The position numbers and the translations under genes were made by a program. Under the pieces are notes generated by a model that did not search any database, was not told the origin of the DNA, and saw only the letters and a program-made list of their open reading frames with translations. DNA of 26,751 bases, from the IMG/VR virus record IMGVR_UViG_3300025277_000122, positions 1 through 26,751 of that record; one strand, given 5' to 3'. How positions within the stretch are numbered: the first letter of the stretch is position 1; each line of letters starts with the position of its first letter. This document shows, one piece after another, positions 1-8,647 of the stretch. Origin of the DNA: a virus (Duplodnaviria > Caudoviricetes).

Positions 1-3000
1 ACAGAAGTAGGAGCAACACCTGAAGCTGATACAGATCAGAAGTTTACAATGGAAGGTCTTGATCGAAACAGGGATTGGTTAAAGAATGCCAAGATAATTT
101 TCAAGAATGAAGAGGGTGAGGACTTCAGAGGATCAAATCAAGAACTTGGATACTGGTTAAGAAACAGACATTCCAAGTTTGCCAACGACTTAACCAACCT
201 TGGTTTGACTGCTATGGATACTGGTGGTTGGTCAGACGAAGTTAAACAGGCATGGGTTGATTCACTGGATATGTGGGATAATACAGATCCTACTGTTGGT
301 TCTTTCTTCAATGCTCTTTATCAGGTTGGCACTGATCCTACAACAGTAGCGGCTGCTGCGGCCACCTTTGGGACAGGTATTCTGCCTAAAATATTTGGTC
401 AGAAAGGTGCGGCTCTTGCGGCTAAGTTTGTTTTTAAGGATCAATTAAAAAAATCATTGATTAAAAGAAAAGTATCTAAAGAGGTAGCTGAGAAGGTTGC
501 CCATAAAAAAGGTGCTGTTGCTGCTGTTGATGAATCCATTTTGAAAGCTTCCCGTAAAGAGGCTGCAAAAAATCTAGCTATTAATCGGGCTGCGGTTGCT
601 TATCCGGTTGGTGTGGCTGAGATGGGTACGTATGATTTAATGCAGCAGTCTTTTGATATTGATGTAGGTAGAGGAAGGGAGGAAACTGATTATGGTCAGG
701 CTGCAATTACAGCTTTGGTTGGTGGTATCCCCTATGCTATTCTAGGTTCTGGTGGATATGTCCCCTTTTTGGGTTCACCCGCTCAAAAACTTATGAAGGG
801 TAAAGCACTAAGAGAAAATAAAGTTTTACAGAATCTTGAGAAAGAAGCAGCTACTCCGCTTAGTCCCCGACTTGATGTTGAAATGAGTAGAAGTGCTGGT
901 CAGGCTGAAATACAAAAAATAATACGAGAGGCACAAAGAGATTTAAGTGAGGACGGAGATCTATTTTTAAATACTGGTAGTAATCTATCCAAGGAAACTT
1001 TTGAAGAAGTAGATCGTTCTCTCTTTAAAGAAGGTTTTGCTGTATTGGAAAAAGTTGGTTCCGGTAGATATAGGGCAAGAAAAATAAGACATCTTCCCAG
1101 AGCAGTGCCAGACGCTCCTGTTGAACCACGTACAGTATTACAAAAAACTATTGCAAGAGTTAAAAGAGGTATATATACTAATCCAATAAGGGGCGTAACT
1201 GATGAGGCAACTGAAAAAGCTGCCATTGCACGTAGAAGGGTTGATACTGAACGAGCAAGAATGGAAAGAACAATAGCAACAAGATTTAAAAGATTTACCA
1301 ATGCAATCAAAGAGGATTATTCCGTAAAGAATTTGAAAAACTTTTCTGAAGAAGAGATGAAAAGATTTAACAGGGCTTATGCTGGTGATGAGGAAGCTTT
1401 GGATGCTTTGACAAAAGCAGGAAAAGTTAATGTTCTTAAAGAATTGAGGGGAATGAGAGCAGACACTTCTGAGTTGCAGGATCAGTTATTAAAAAGTGGT
1501 GTAATAAAGAAAGGCTCTGATCTTGATATAAAAATAAGGGCTAACTTAAAGGGAGAGGGAGAGCTTTATGTAACCCGTTCCTATGAAGTTTTTGATAATC
1601 CTAACTGGAGAAACACTGTATCCGATAAAGTAAAGGAAGAGGCCAGTGACTTCTTCATAGGGCAAGCAGAGATCTCTAATCCTGCCTTTGCAAAAGTGCT
1701 ATCCAAGAGCAGGTCTGAAGGAATGGATTCTCTAACTGTTTCTGAAAAAGAACTATATGATTCTTATATGGGTCAGAATGGTTCTATTAATTTTAATATT
1801 AATAAAATTCTTGATGTAAATGGAGAGGAAGCCCTCTTTGAAATATTTGATAATGCTGCGTTAGGGAAAGCTCCCTTTAAAATATTAAGCAAGAGAGAGG
1901 ATGTACCAAAAGCAATCAGGGCTTTAATGGGTGAATATGAAGATCCCTTTACCAACTATTCCAGGACCATGATGAGGCTTGGTCAAACTGTAGAACAGGG
2001 TAACTACGAAAAAGAAATTGCTGATCTTGTTAATGCTGGTTTAATAGAAGGGGCTGTTGCTCCCACAGTTGCAAAAGGTGTTGGAAGGGAGATGGTGGAA
2101 CTTCAATCAAAGCTTCCAACAAGAGGCAGTATTAACGATCCCTTTGCCAGAGAAGTATCAGAGGAAGGAATACAAAGTCCATTAACAGGAATGTATGCCC
2201 ACAAAGAAATTGCTGATGCCATACTAAATGGCAATGAAATCAGTTGGAAAATTCCTAAAGCATTACAAGGGTATCTGGCACTACAGGGACATACCAGAGC
2301 AGCTAAAACTGTTTGGAGTCCGACAGCAATAGCCCGTAACTTTCTTGGAGCAGCCTGGATGTCTATAGGTGCTGGCTATATGCGACCAGCAGCTTTAAAA
2401 GAAATTGCTAAAGTAGCGAAAGGTTTATCTACTTTTTCTGATGAAGCTCTCAATGCTGAGATTGAAAAAGGAATAGCTCTTGGTTATCTTCAGAGTGGTA
2501 CGGATATAGGAGCATTCAGAGCAGCCCTGAAAGATGCTGGTGATGACTCGTTTTGGGATTTAACAAATTCTGCCTATAAATCCAAGAAGGGTTTAACTGC
2601 CAGAGCGAAACAGTTGAATACTAGAGCAGTTAAGCTCTATCAGTCAATGGATGATATGTGGAAACAGTTTGCTTTTATGAATGAGAAGGCAACCTACAGA
2701 CAGGTTCTTGTAGATCAGGGTATTGACCCCGAACAGATTGTGCGAAAATTTAGAACTGGAGATGGTATTGAAGTAAGTATAACAAGGCTGGATGAGTATG
2801 CAAGTAATCAGGTGTCGAAGCATATGCAGAATTATGCAGGTGTTCCTCAATTTGTAAGAGCCATGAGACTTCTTCCTGCTGCTGACTTCCTGGCTTTTAC
2901 AACGGAGATGTTAAGAACACAGAAAAATATTATCAAGACTGCTTTTGGAGATATGAGAGAAGGTCGTAAGCTTATGGCACTGAAGCAACCAGCAACAGAG

Positions 3001-4182
3001 ATGGTTCAGGATGCTGAAGGTAACATGGTGGAAAGAGTTATTGCGGGACAGTTAAAAGGACAGGCACAGGCAAAGGCTGGTGAACGTAGGCTTGGTTCTG
3101 TTATTGCTGCTCAATCAGCGGCTCCTGCTCTGGCTCTTGCCTCGTCTATGGCCTGGGGTATGGAAGATAAAGCAGTAGATGAGAATGGAAAAGAACTGCC
3201 CTTTACAGTAAGAGAAGGATTTGAAGCCTTTGACCAGCCCTGGGAAAAAGGATCGACCTTTCTTTATCTTGGTGCGCCTAAGAATGGTAAGGTCAGAAGG
3301 CTTAATTTAAGTTATCTAAATCCCTGGGCGCAGCTAATGGACCCCATACGTGCTGGAATGAGAGCCTTGTCCAGTGGGGCAGATCCAGACCTGGCTGTTG
3401 ATGATGCTATCGTTGAGTCGGTGTGGCGTCCTCTGAAAGAAACCTTTGGTCCTTCAATGCTGGCAGAATCCATAGCCAATATAGCATTTAACAGGGATAA
3501 CTATGGAAGAGAGATTTTTGCAGAGGGAGATTCGGCAGGTCAAAACTTTAGAAGCGGTGTGGAAACCATGTACAAAGCTTTTGAGCCTGGACTTTTTAAA
3601 TCTATGGGAGATATTGCGGGAGCATACAATCTTCCTGGGCAGCAGTTTGGTGTTACTCGTTCAGGCAGGAAAGTATATGCGGGAGATCAGTGGATGGGTC
3701 TTCTGGGAGTCAAACCACAGGAGATAGATATAAAAGATACTCTTGGCTTTAAGGTAAATGATATTAAAAGAGATATGGGAGCGTCTGGTAAAACTTTCCA
3801 GAGAGCTTACAGGCAGAGAACTCCAATAACTGCTACAGAACTTTCGGATGCTTATGCAGAGGGTCTGGCAAAGGAGTATGAAAAGGCAAGAGAAATGCAT
3901 CTTCTCCTGACAAAAGCAATGAGCCTTGGACTTTCAAAACAACAGATTATAAATGCTGTATCAGATGATGGGCTATTCTCCAATCGTCTGGACAAGCGTT
4001 TACTTTTAAATCTTATGGATAGAGGTGTGTTTGTTCCCGCTCCACCTAAAATGGGTGAAGTATATAAATGGGGACTGTCAACAAAGAAAAGAACAGGTTC
4101 AATGCCGCCAATCAGGGAGGCCCAAAGAGATATATTTGATATATACAGGTCTTATGTTGGTTCAGAAACAGGAGTACGTTAA
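1..4182 (+). CDS. Very large virion-associated protein, probably internal core/ejection protein (5' partial)
   Basis: The frame is open from base 1 to TAA at 4180-4182 (>1390 aa). Ala/Gly-rich and helical, and the last large gene before the lysis genes, as for podovirus ejection proteins. No catalytic motif recognised. Confidence 0.6.
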   Translation, partial: TEVGATPEADTDQKFTMEGLDRNRDWLKNAKIIFKNEEGEDFRGSNQELGYWLRNRHSKFANDLTNLGLTAMDTGGWSDEVKQAWVDSLDMWDNTDPTVGSFFNALYQVGTDPTTVAAAAATFGTGILPKIFGQKGAALAAKFVFKDQLKKSLIKRKVSKEVAEKVAHKKGAVAAVDESILKASRKEAAKNLAINRAAVAYPVGVAEMGTYDLMQQSFDIDVGRGREETDYGQAAITALVGGIPYAILGSGGYVPFLGSPAQKLMKGKALRENKVLQNLEKEAATPLSPRLDVEMSRSAGQAEIQKIIREAQRDLSEDGDLFLNTGSNLSKETFEEVDRSLFKEGFAVLEKVGSGRYRARKIRHLPRAVPDAPVEPRTVLQKTIARVKRGIYTNPIRGVTDEATEKAAIARRRVDTERARMERTIATRFKRFTNAIKEDYSVKNLKNFSEEEMKRFNRAYAGDEEALDALTKAGKVNVLKELRGMRADTSELQDQLLKSGVIKKGSDLDIKIRANLKGEGELYVTRSYEVFDNPNWRNTVSDKVKEEASDFFIGQAEISNPAFAKVLSKSRSEGMDSLTVSEKELYDSYMGQNGSINFNINKILDVNGEEALFEIFDNAALGKAPFKILSKREDVPKAIRALMGEYEDPFTNYSRTMMRLGQTVEQGNYEKEIADLVNAGLIEGAVAPTVAKGVGREMVELQSKLPTRGSINDPFAREVSEEGIQSPLTGMYAHKEIADAILNGNEISWKIPKALQGYLALQGHTRAAKTVWSPTAIARNFLGAAWMSIGAGYMRPAALKEIAKVAKGLSTFSDEALNAEIEKGIALGYLQSGTDIGAFRAALKDAGDDSFWDLTNSAYKSKKGLTARAKQLNTRAVKLYQSMDDMWKQFAFMNEKATYRQVLVDQGIDPEQIVRKFRTGDGIEVSITRLDEYASNQVSKHMQNYAGVPQFVRAMRLLPAADFLAFTTEMLRTQKNIIKTAFGDMREGRKLMALKQPATEMVQDAEGNMVERVIAGQLKGQAQAKAGERRLGSVIAAQSAAPALALASSMAWGMEDKAVDENGKELPFTVREGFEAFDQPWEKGSTFLYLGAPKNGKVRRLNLSYLNPWAQLMDPIRAGMRALSSGADPDLAVDDAIVESVWRPLKETFGPSMLAESIANIAFNRDNYGREIFAEGDSAGQNFRSGVETMYKAFEPGLFKSMGDIAGAYNLPGQQFGVTRSGRKVYAGDQWMGLLGVKPQEIDIKDTLGFKVNDIKRDMGASGKTFQRAYRQRTPITATELSDAYAEGLAKEYEKAREMHLLLTKAMSLGLSKQQIINAVSDDGLFSNRLDKRLLLNLMDRGVFVPAPPKMGEVYKWGLSTKKRTGSMPPIREAQRDIFDIYRSYVGSETGVR

Positions 4183-4433
4183 TGTCAGGTGATCCAACGA
4201 TGTTATGGAATGCAGTACTTAGTCTGGCTGTTGGAGGATTTCTCTGGTGGATGCGAGGAACAGCATCACAACTATCTGATCTTAGAAAACTTATTAGTGT
4301 AACAAGGGAAGAGATACCAAAGACGTATGCCACCAAGATCGAAGTAGAAAGAGATGTTGAAAAGATAATGGACAGATTTGACAGGCTGGATAACAAGATG
4401 GATAATATTCTTGAAAGGATTGGACGTGGCTAA
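4182..4433 (+). CDS. Small membrane-anchored coiled-coil protein (holin/lysis accessory-like)
   Basis: N-terminal TM segment (LWNAVLSLAVGGFLWW) then a coiled coil; TAATG coupling to the upstream gene; immediately precedes the endolysin. Confidence 0.6.
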   Translation: MSGDPTMLWNAVLSLAVGGFLWWMRGTASQLSDLRKLISVTREEIPKTYATKIEVERDVEKIMDRFDRLDNKMDNILERIGRG

Positions 4434-4809
4434 CTGGGAACACTTTACTGAAGATGAACTGAGATGTGATGGAACAGGTGAATGCAAAATGGACGAGGCT
4501 TTTATGGAAGCTCTGGTCCGACTAAGAAAAGACTATAATAATTCAATGGTAATATCTTCTGGCTATAGAGACAGGGCATATAACACAGTCATAGGTGGGA
4601 GTACCAACTCAGCACACATGTATGGTAAAGCAGTTGATGTAGTTGTATCAGGTCATGAAGCATACAGACTATTAAGGCTGGCTATTGTACATGGCTTTAC
4701 AGGCATAGGTGTGTCACAAAGAGGACCACATCTTAAAAGGTTCCTGCATTTGGACATGATGGAAGACAGTGATCGAAGTCCTCGCCCCTGGATATGGAGT
4801 TATAAATAA
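4426..4809 (+). CDS. Peptidase M15 family (Zn D-Ala-D-Ala peptidase) endolysin
   Basis: Motifs FTEDELRC, ISSGYR, S-x-H-x-x-G-x-A-x-D (NSAHMYGKAVD) and FLHLD; likely GTG start at 4426 after an AAGGA RBS. Confidence 0.85.
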   Translation: MANWEHFTEDELRCDGTGECKMDEAFMEALVRLRKDYNNSMVISSGYRDRAYNTVIGGSTNSAHMYGKAVDVVVSGHEAYRLLRLAIVHGFTGIGVSQRGPHLKRFLHLDMMEDSDRSPRPWIWSYK

Positions 4810-5213
4810 TGGTTGCATCAGTATTAGGACGGCTTGCTGGAAAGGGCGCTGCTAAAGGTGCAAAGAAAGCAACTAAGCGTGTTCCAAAAACTACAACTAA
4901 GAAAGAAGATCAAAAAGGATTACCAAGTGTACTTGAAAGAAAAATTCAAAAAGAAAAAACAACGAGAGATTATCCTGATGTAAATTTATCAGAAAAGGTT
5001 GGGTTTAAAAATACTGTTAAATTTTTAGAAGATCATGGATTTAAAATGAGAACAGGAGATAATAAAGGTAATACGTATGAAATACTTGGTGATAGTGTAA
5101 AAGTTTATACTCTACTGGGAGGGGATTTGTCGGGAGGAACAGCACCAAAATATTCTCAGAAAACTTTTAAAAATCCAACTCTTAAAGCATTAAGAAATTG
5201 GATGGGATATTAA
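4809..5213 (+). CDS. Hypothetical basic protein
   Basis: 134-aa ORF with TAATG coupling and a Lys/Ala-rich N-terminus. Confidence 0.6.
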   Translation: MVASVLGRLAGKGAAKGAKKATKRVPKTTTKKEDQKGLPSVLERKIQKEKTTRDYPDVNLSEKVGFKNTVKFLEDHGFKMRTGDNKGNTYEILGDSVKVYTLLGGDLSGGTAPKYSQKTFKNPTLKALRNWMGY

Positions 5214-5215
5214 TA

Positions 5216-5503
5216 ATGGATCACAAGTTTATCATACCTCTGGCTGTTGGTCTGTTCGTTCAGGCTGCTGCTGTGGTGTGGTGGCTGGCAGGACTCTCTG
5301 CAAGTGTACAGCATAACGACTTCCAGATACAGATGATCAGTAAGGATGTAGGAAAGAACTCAACTTTCGTAGAACTCTGGCCCGCTGGGAAATGGGGTAG
5401 TGGTTCTTTGCCTAGTGATGTTAGGCAGGATCTGAAGATAGGTCAGCTTGAAATGCAGATGCAGAAACTCAATGACAAGATATATAATGGAGCTAAGAAA
5501 TGA
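5216..5503 (+). CDS. Hypothetical membrane protein (N-terminal TM plus coiled coil)
   Basis: ATG at 5216 just after the upstream stop; TM segment FIIPLAVGLFVQAAAVVWWLAGL. Confidence 0.6.
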   Translation: MDHKFIIPLAVGLFVQAAAVVWWLAGLSASVQHNDFQIQMISKDVGKNSTFVELWPAGKWGSGSLPSDVRQDLKIGQLEMQMQKLNDKIYNGAKK

Positions 5504-5820
5504 AAGGCATAACATTAAACTATGCTTTAATATTTGCTGTAATTCTACAGGCTATAGGATTGATATGGTATGTATCCAAACTTGACAGCAAGGTTGAAAC
5601 GGTATATAAATTCTATCAGGAAGAATCTCAGAAATCTGTTGTGGAAACTCAGGTTAAAATGAAGTTTGATCTGGCTCTCGTAATGAGAGAACTGCAATCC
5701 ATCAAGGAAGATATAAAGGAAGGCAAGGATAAATCAAAAGTGATTATGGCGCAGCATGGTAAGATCTTTGAACTTCTTCAGGGTAAGGTTAAAATTCCTT
5801 CAGGATATAATTATCAGTGA
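5500..5820 (+). CDS. Hypothetical membrane protein (N-terminal TM plus coiled coil)
   Basis: ATGA overlap; TM segment LIFAVILQAIGLIWYVSKL resembles that of the preceding gene. Confidence 0.6.
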   Translation: MKGITLNYALIFAVILQAIGLIWYVSKLDSKVETVYKFYQEESQKSVVETQVKMKFDLALVMRELQSIKEDIKEGKDKSKVIMAQHGKIFELLQGKVKIPSGYNYQ

Positions 5821-5822
5821 GT

Positions 5823-5909
5823 ATGACAGGACTGTTGATATATGGCATCATCGTGGTTATTGGTCTGGGCATTATTTCTTGTATCATTGATAACCCTCCC
5901 CCTAAATAG
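5823..5909 (+). CDS. 28-aa single-TM micropeptide (not in ORF track)
   Basis: MTGLLIYGIIVVIGLGIISCIIDNPPPK, starting 2 nt after the upstream stop. Confidence 0.45.
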   Translation: MTGLLIYGIIVVIGLGIISCIIDNPPPK

Positions 5910-5961
5910 AGATGTCTATCTCTCATACTCAATCTTGAAACTATTATGTATAGGATAACAG

Positions 5962-6165
5962 ATGAATAAAACAATTAACATTGGTGAAGGTCAGAACAAT
6001 GTGGAGATCCATCAGACCATAGCCAAGCCAGATAAAGGACCAAGTGTAGGTGGTGTCAGTCTTACTACTGGTTATGGATGGGGTGTGGATGTATCTATTA
6101 TATTAGTTATCGTAGCCCTGATGTATATCGGAAAGAAGTGTGTGGATAAGTGGGCATTAAAATAG
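5962..6165 (+). CDS. Small protein with C-terminal TM segment
   Basis: 67 aa; AGGA RBS; hydrophobic VSIILVIVALMYIG followed by basic residues. Confidence 0.55.
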   Translation: MNKTINIGEGQNNVEIHQTIAKPDKGPSVGGVSLTTGYGWGVDVSIILVIVALMYIGKKCVDKWALK

Positions 6166-6180
6166 ATGTCTAAGAAATAA

Positions 6181-6285
6181 ATGGGAAGAATGATTACTAA
6201 TATTATTGTTATCTTAATCTTTATGTGGTTACTCTATATTATAGGTGCAGCAATAATGAATACAGTTTGTGGTAGATGTCTATAA
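6181..6285 (+). CDS. 34-aa single-TM micropeptide with C-terminal CxxC (not in ORF track)
   Basis: MGRMITNIIVILIFMWLLYIIGAAIMNTVCGRCL; fills the gap between flanking genes. Confidence 0.45.
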   Translation: MGRMITNIIVILIFMWLLYIIGAAIMNTVCGRCL

Positions 6286-6539
6286 AGATGGATATTGAAA
6301 ATGTTCTGGCTGAATATGTCTCACCCTCTCTTGCCATGCACGGTGGCATAATAGAATTGCTGGATTATAATGAAGACTCCAGAAATGTACATGTCAGACT
6401 CAGTGGATCGTGTGCAGGTTGTTCGGCCAGTACAATAACCCTGAAGATAGGGGTGGAGAACATGCTGTTCCACTTCTTTCCTGAAGATGTAAAGAGTATA
6501 ACCCATGAAGAGGGTGAGATAACCAACCCATTTTACTAA
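6276..6539 (+). CDS. NifU C-terminal (Nfu) domain Fe-S cluster carrier
   Basis: VSPSLAMHGGIIEL, VRLSGSCAGC (CxxC), TLKIGVENML and a C-terminal NPFY, as in NfuA/NifU-C; alternative start at 6288. Confidence 0.88.
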   Translation: MSIKMDIENVLAEYVSPSLAMHGGIIELLDYNEDSRNVHVRLSGSCAGCSASTITLKIGVENMLFHFFPEDVKSITHEEGEITNPFY

Positions 6540-6551
6540 ATCCATTTAAAC

Positions 6552-6637
6552 GAGCTAGGAGGGGTGCTACAGACGTATCTCCTGTTTTAGGCTACTACCC
6601 TACCAGAGATGTCCAGCATAGCCTCTCCTGATAGCTC
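6552..6637. other. Long imperfect inverted repeat in the non-coding junction between the convergent arms
   Basis: Nested pairings GAGCTA/TAGCTC, GGAGGGG/CCTCTCC, TGCT/AGCA, GAC..ATCTC/GAGATGTC, CTG/CAG, TAGG/CCTA. Confidence 0.55.
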
Positions 6638-6681
6638 TCAGGCGGTATTTTTGTAGCCTTCTGATGAAAAGGTAGGCTATT

Positions 6682-6870
6682 CTACCTAAATTGCATTTCA
6701 TCTACATGCTTTCGGTTATGTTGATCTATTTCATCCTGTATTTCATCTACCCTGTCTTCCAGAGTTCTGATCGTTGTATGAATATGTCCAGTATCATGTG
6801 GCTGTATCCTCTTCTCCAGTATCCGTATCTCCTTCAGAAGAAAGATTATATGTTCCGTTGGGTTCTTCAT
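6682..6870 (-). CDS. Hypothetical phage protein
   Basis: GGAG RBS before ATG at 6870; amphipathic helices around LEKRIQPHDTGHIHT; overlaps the acidic tail of TerS. Confidence 0.55.
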   Translation of the reverse strand: MKNPTEHIIFLLKEIRILEKRIQPHDTGHIHTTIRTLEDRVDEIQDEIDQHNRKHVDEMQFR

Positions 6871-7294
6871 CATCTTCTCCATCATTGTTATAAAAGTCAC
6901 ACTTTGAAACAAGACTATTTACTTTCTCTTCACCAAGTACATTAAGATAACCAACGATAGCTGACTCCAGTGTATCCTTGTCCGTAAATCTGGCGGTATC
7001 AGAGTTGGCTCCTCTTACTCTGGATAGCAACTCCAGTGCCTTGATTGCACTGTTGGTATGGCCATTGGCTTTTGCAAATGTATACTGCCCTTCGAGTTCT
7101 TCAATTACATTTACATCTGTCTCCAGTTCCTGCTCAAGTTCGTGTACTCTATCAACTACTTCCTGTAATTGAATTAGTCTATAGCCCTGATTGTTTGCTG
7201 ATCTGGGTGCATAACCAGCAGCCTTTGCCGCTTCAGTAGCATTCCTGTGTAGCACATAGGCTTGAGCAAACTTTTCCTGTTTATCATTTAACAT
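6794..7294 (-). CDS. terS: Terminase small subunit
   Basis: N-terminal LNDKQEKFAQAYV..NATEAAKAAGYAPRSANNQGYRL HTH signature (Terminase_2-like) and AIKALELL. Confidence 0.8.
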   Translation of the reverse strand: MLNDKQEKFAQAYVLHRNATEAAKAAGYAPRSANNQGYRLIQLQEVVDRVHELEQELETDVNVIEELEGQYTFAKANGHTNSAIKALELLSRVRGANSDTARFTDKDTLESAIVGYLNVLGEEKVNSLVSKCDFYNNDGEDDEEPNGTYNLSSEGDTDTGEEDTAT

Positions 7295-7541
7295 AATAAT
7301 TTAGTATTCCATTAAGTAATATAACGATTGAAACAGAATTAATAACAATCAATGCATGATCATTCCACATCAGTGCAACAATAAACCATCCTGTAACTCC
7401 AACAACATCAAAAAATAAGTTTAAAGGGTATATATTATTAGCTGTTAATGTTATTCCAGTAAGAAGTATTATGGAGGCCATCCATTTTATATACCAGTCT
7501 TTGGTTTTTTGTGACAGAGCTTTTTTGATCGAGTTGTTCAT
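7284..7541 (-). CDS. Small multi-TM membrane protein
   Basis: 85 aa with three hydrophobic segments (WYIKWMASIILL..., YPLNLFF...GWFIVAL, ALIVINSVSIVILL). Confidence 0.65.
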   Translation of the reverse strand: MNNSIKKALSQKTKDWYIKWMASIILLTGITLTANNIYPLNLFFDVVGVTGWFIVALMWNDHALIVINSVSIVILLNGILNYYVK

Positions 7542-7544
7542 GTC

Positions 7545-7958
7545 TTATTTCAGACGCTTCATATTGTTTCTTGCTACGCCCTTGAACTTCTCTGCACTTC
7601 GAGAGGCTGACAGTCCAAGCAGGGCTATTGTCAAACTGATAAGCCCTTCAGTGGGAATGAGGGGTAGAGTCAGAGTTGAATTTGTCACAGCTATAAGCCA
7701 TACCGCTATCGGTTGCAGGACGAATTGCCATGCCAGACCAAAACAGCATACCCACATGATGCTAGGTCTAGCCCCGGAAACGAAGAGGCTTGGATGCTTC
7801 GATTGTTCTATATTGGCTTGTGCTTGAGCAAGGTCAAGAGAAATAACCTGTGACTTCAACTCTGCTTCAAGCTTTGTTTTAAGATCTTTATCCTCAACAA
7901 ACTTGTCAAGAACTTTGCCAGCCACTCCAATGACTGATTCAGCAATTCCAAATACCAT
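7545..7958 (-). CDS. Holin, 3-TM (GTA holin-like) family
   Basis: SLFVSGARPSIMWVC, WQFVLQP and LLGLSASRSAEKFKGV match the GTA_holin_3TM family pattern. Confidence 0.8.
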   Translation of the reverse strand: MVFGIAESVIGVAGKVLDKFVEDKDLKTKLEAELKSQVISLDLAQAQANIEQSKHPSLFVSGARPSIMWVCCFGLAWQFVLQPIAVWLIAVTNSTLTLPLIPTEGLISLTIALLGLSASRSAEKFKGVARNNMKRLK

Positions 7959-8647
7959 TAGTTATCCTCCTCTTTCTCTTTGAGTTCAATTATTCTTGGA
8001 TACTGATCTATTCGATAACCTTTAGTTAAAAACTCATCTGTCTTTGCATCGACTGTATCAGCAAAAACATATATGACCAGCCTGGGAAACTGCCTGCTCC
8101 TGTGTGCAAGAAACTGTAACCAGTCTCCCGGATTGAATACTGATACGTGTACATTTGTACCATCCTTGAATGTCTTGAGTGCTTCAAAGCAGGCCACATT
8201 AATAAAGACCATCTTCCGTGCATAGGAAAAGATTTCATCTACAACCCAACCAAGATCACTCTCAGGTATGTGTTCCAGAACATCTGTACATATGACTGCA
8301 TCCTTCTTATGAACAGGAAGTTTGGAGTGTTCCTCATAGGCTGGGTCAAAGAGTTGATACTCATCAAGATTCCAGTACTCAGGAAGGGGGCTGTCGATCT
8401 CTTCTGTTATGTCTTTGAAAGTGTCTGTATAAAGATGTCCCTTACCACTACCATAATCCAGTATACTCTTGCATTTATTACGCTCAAGATATCCTTTGAT
8501 TATATCTACAAATTTTAGAAGGCTTCTTCCATTGAACATACCTTCTCCCATAAGATGAAACTCTTCATAGTTTTTTATATAGGATAAATAGTTTTCAGAT
8601 GTATTGTGTCTGCTTGTACTGTCATCAGGTTTGATCATCTCAGGCAT
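7958..8647 (-). CDS. Class I SAM-dependent methyltransferase
   Basis: Motif I ILDYGSGKG; FDPAY; DAVICTDVLEHIP. Confidence 0.85.
   Translation of the reverse strand: MPEMIKPDDSTSRHNTSENYLSYIKNYEEFHLMGEGMFNGRSLLKFVDIIKGYLERNKCKSILDYGSGKGHLYTDTFKDITEEIDSPLPEYWNLDEYQLFDPAYEEHSKLPVHKKDAVICTDVLEHIPESDLGWVVDEIFSYARKMVFINVACFEALKTFKDGTNVHVSVFNPGDWLQFLAHRSRQFPRLVIYVFADTVDAKTDEFLTKGYRIDQYPRIIELKEKEEDN

Noticed and set aside
5582-5610. + strand promoter TTGACA-17-TATAAA
   Set aside because: Mid-gene, and lacks the conserved final T of the -10 box; insufficient support.
6648-6687. Classic bidirectional rho-independent terminator
   Set aside because: The stems are short and the T-tract is on the wrong side of the TAGCCT/AGGCTA hairpin for either direction.
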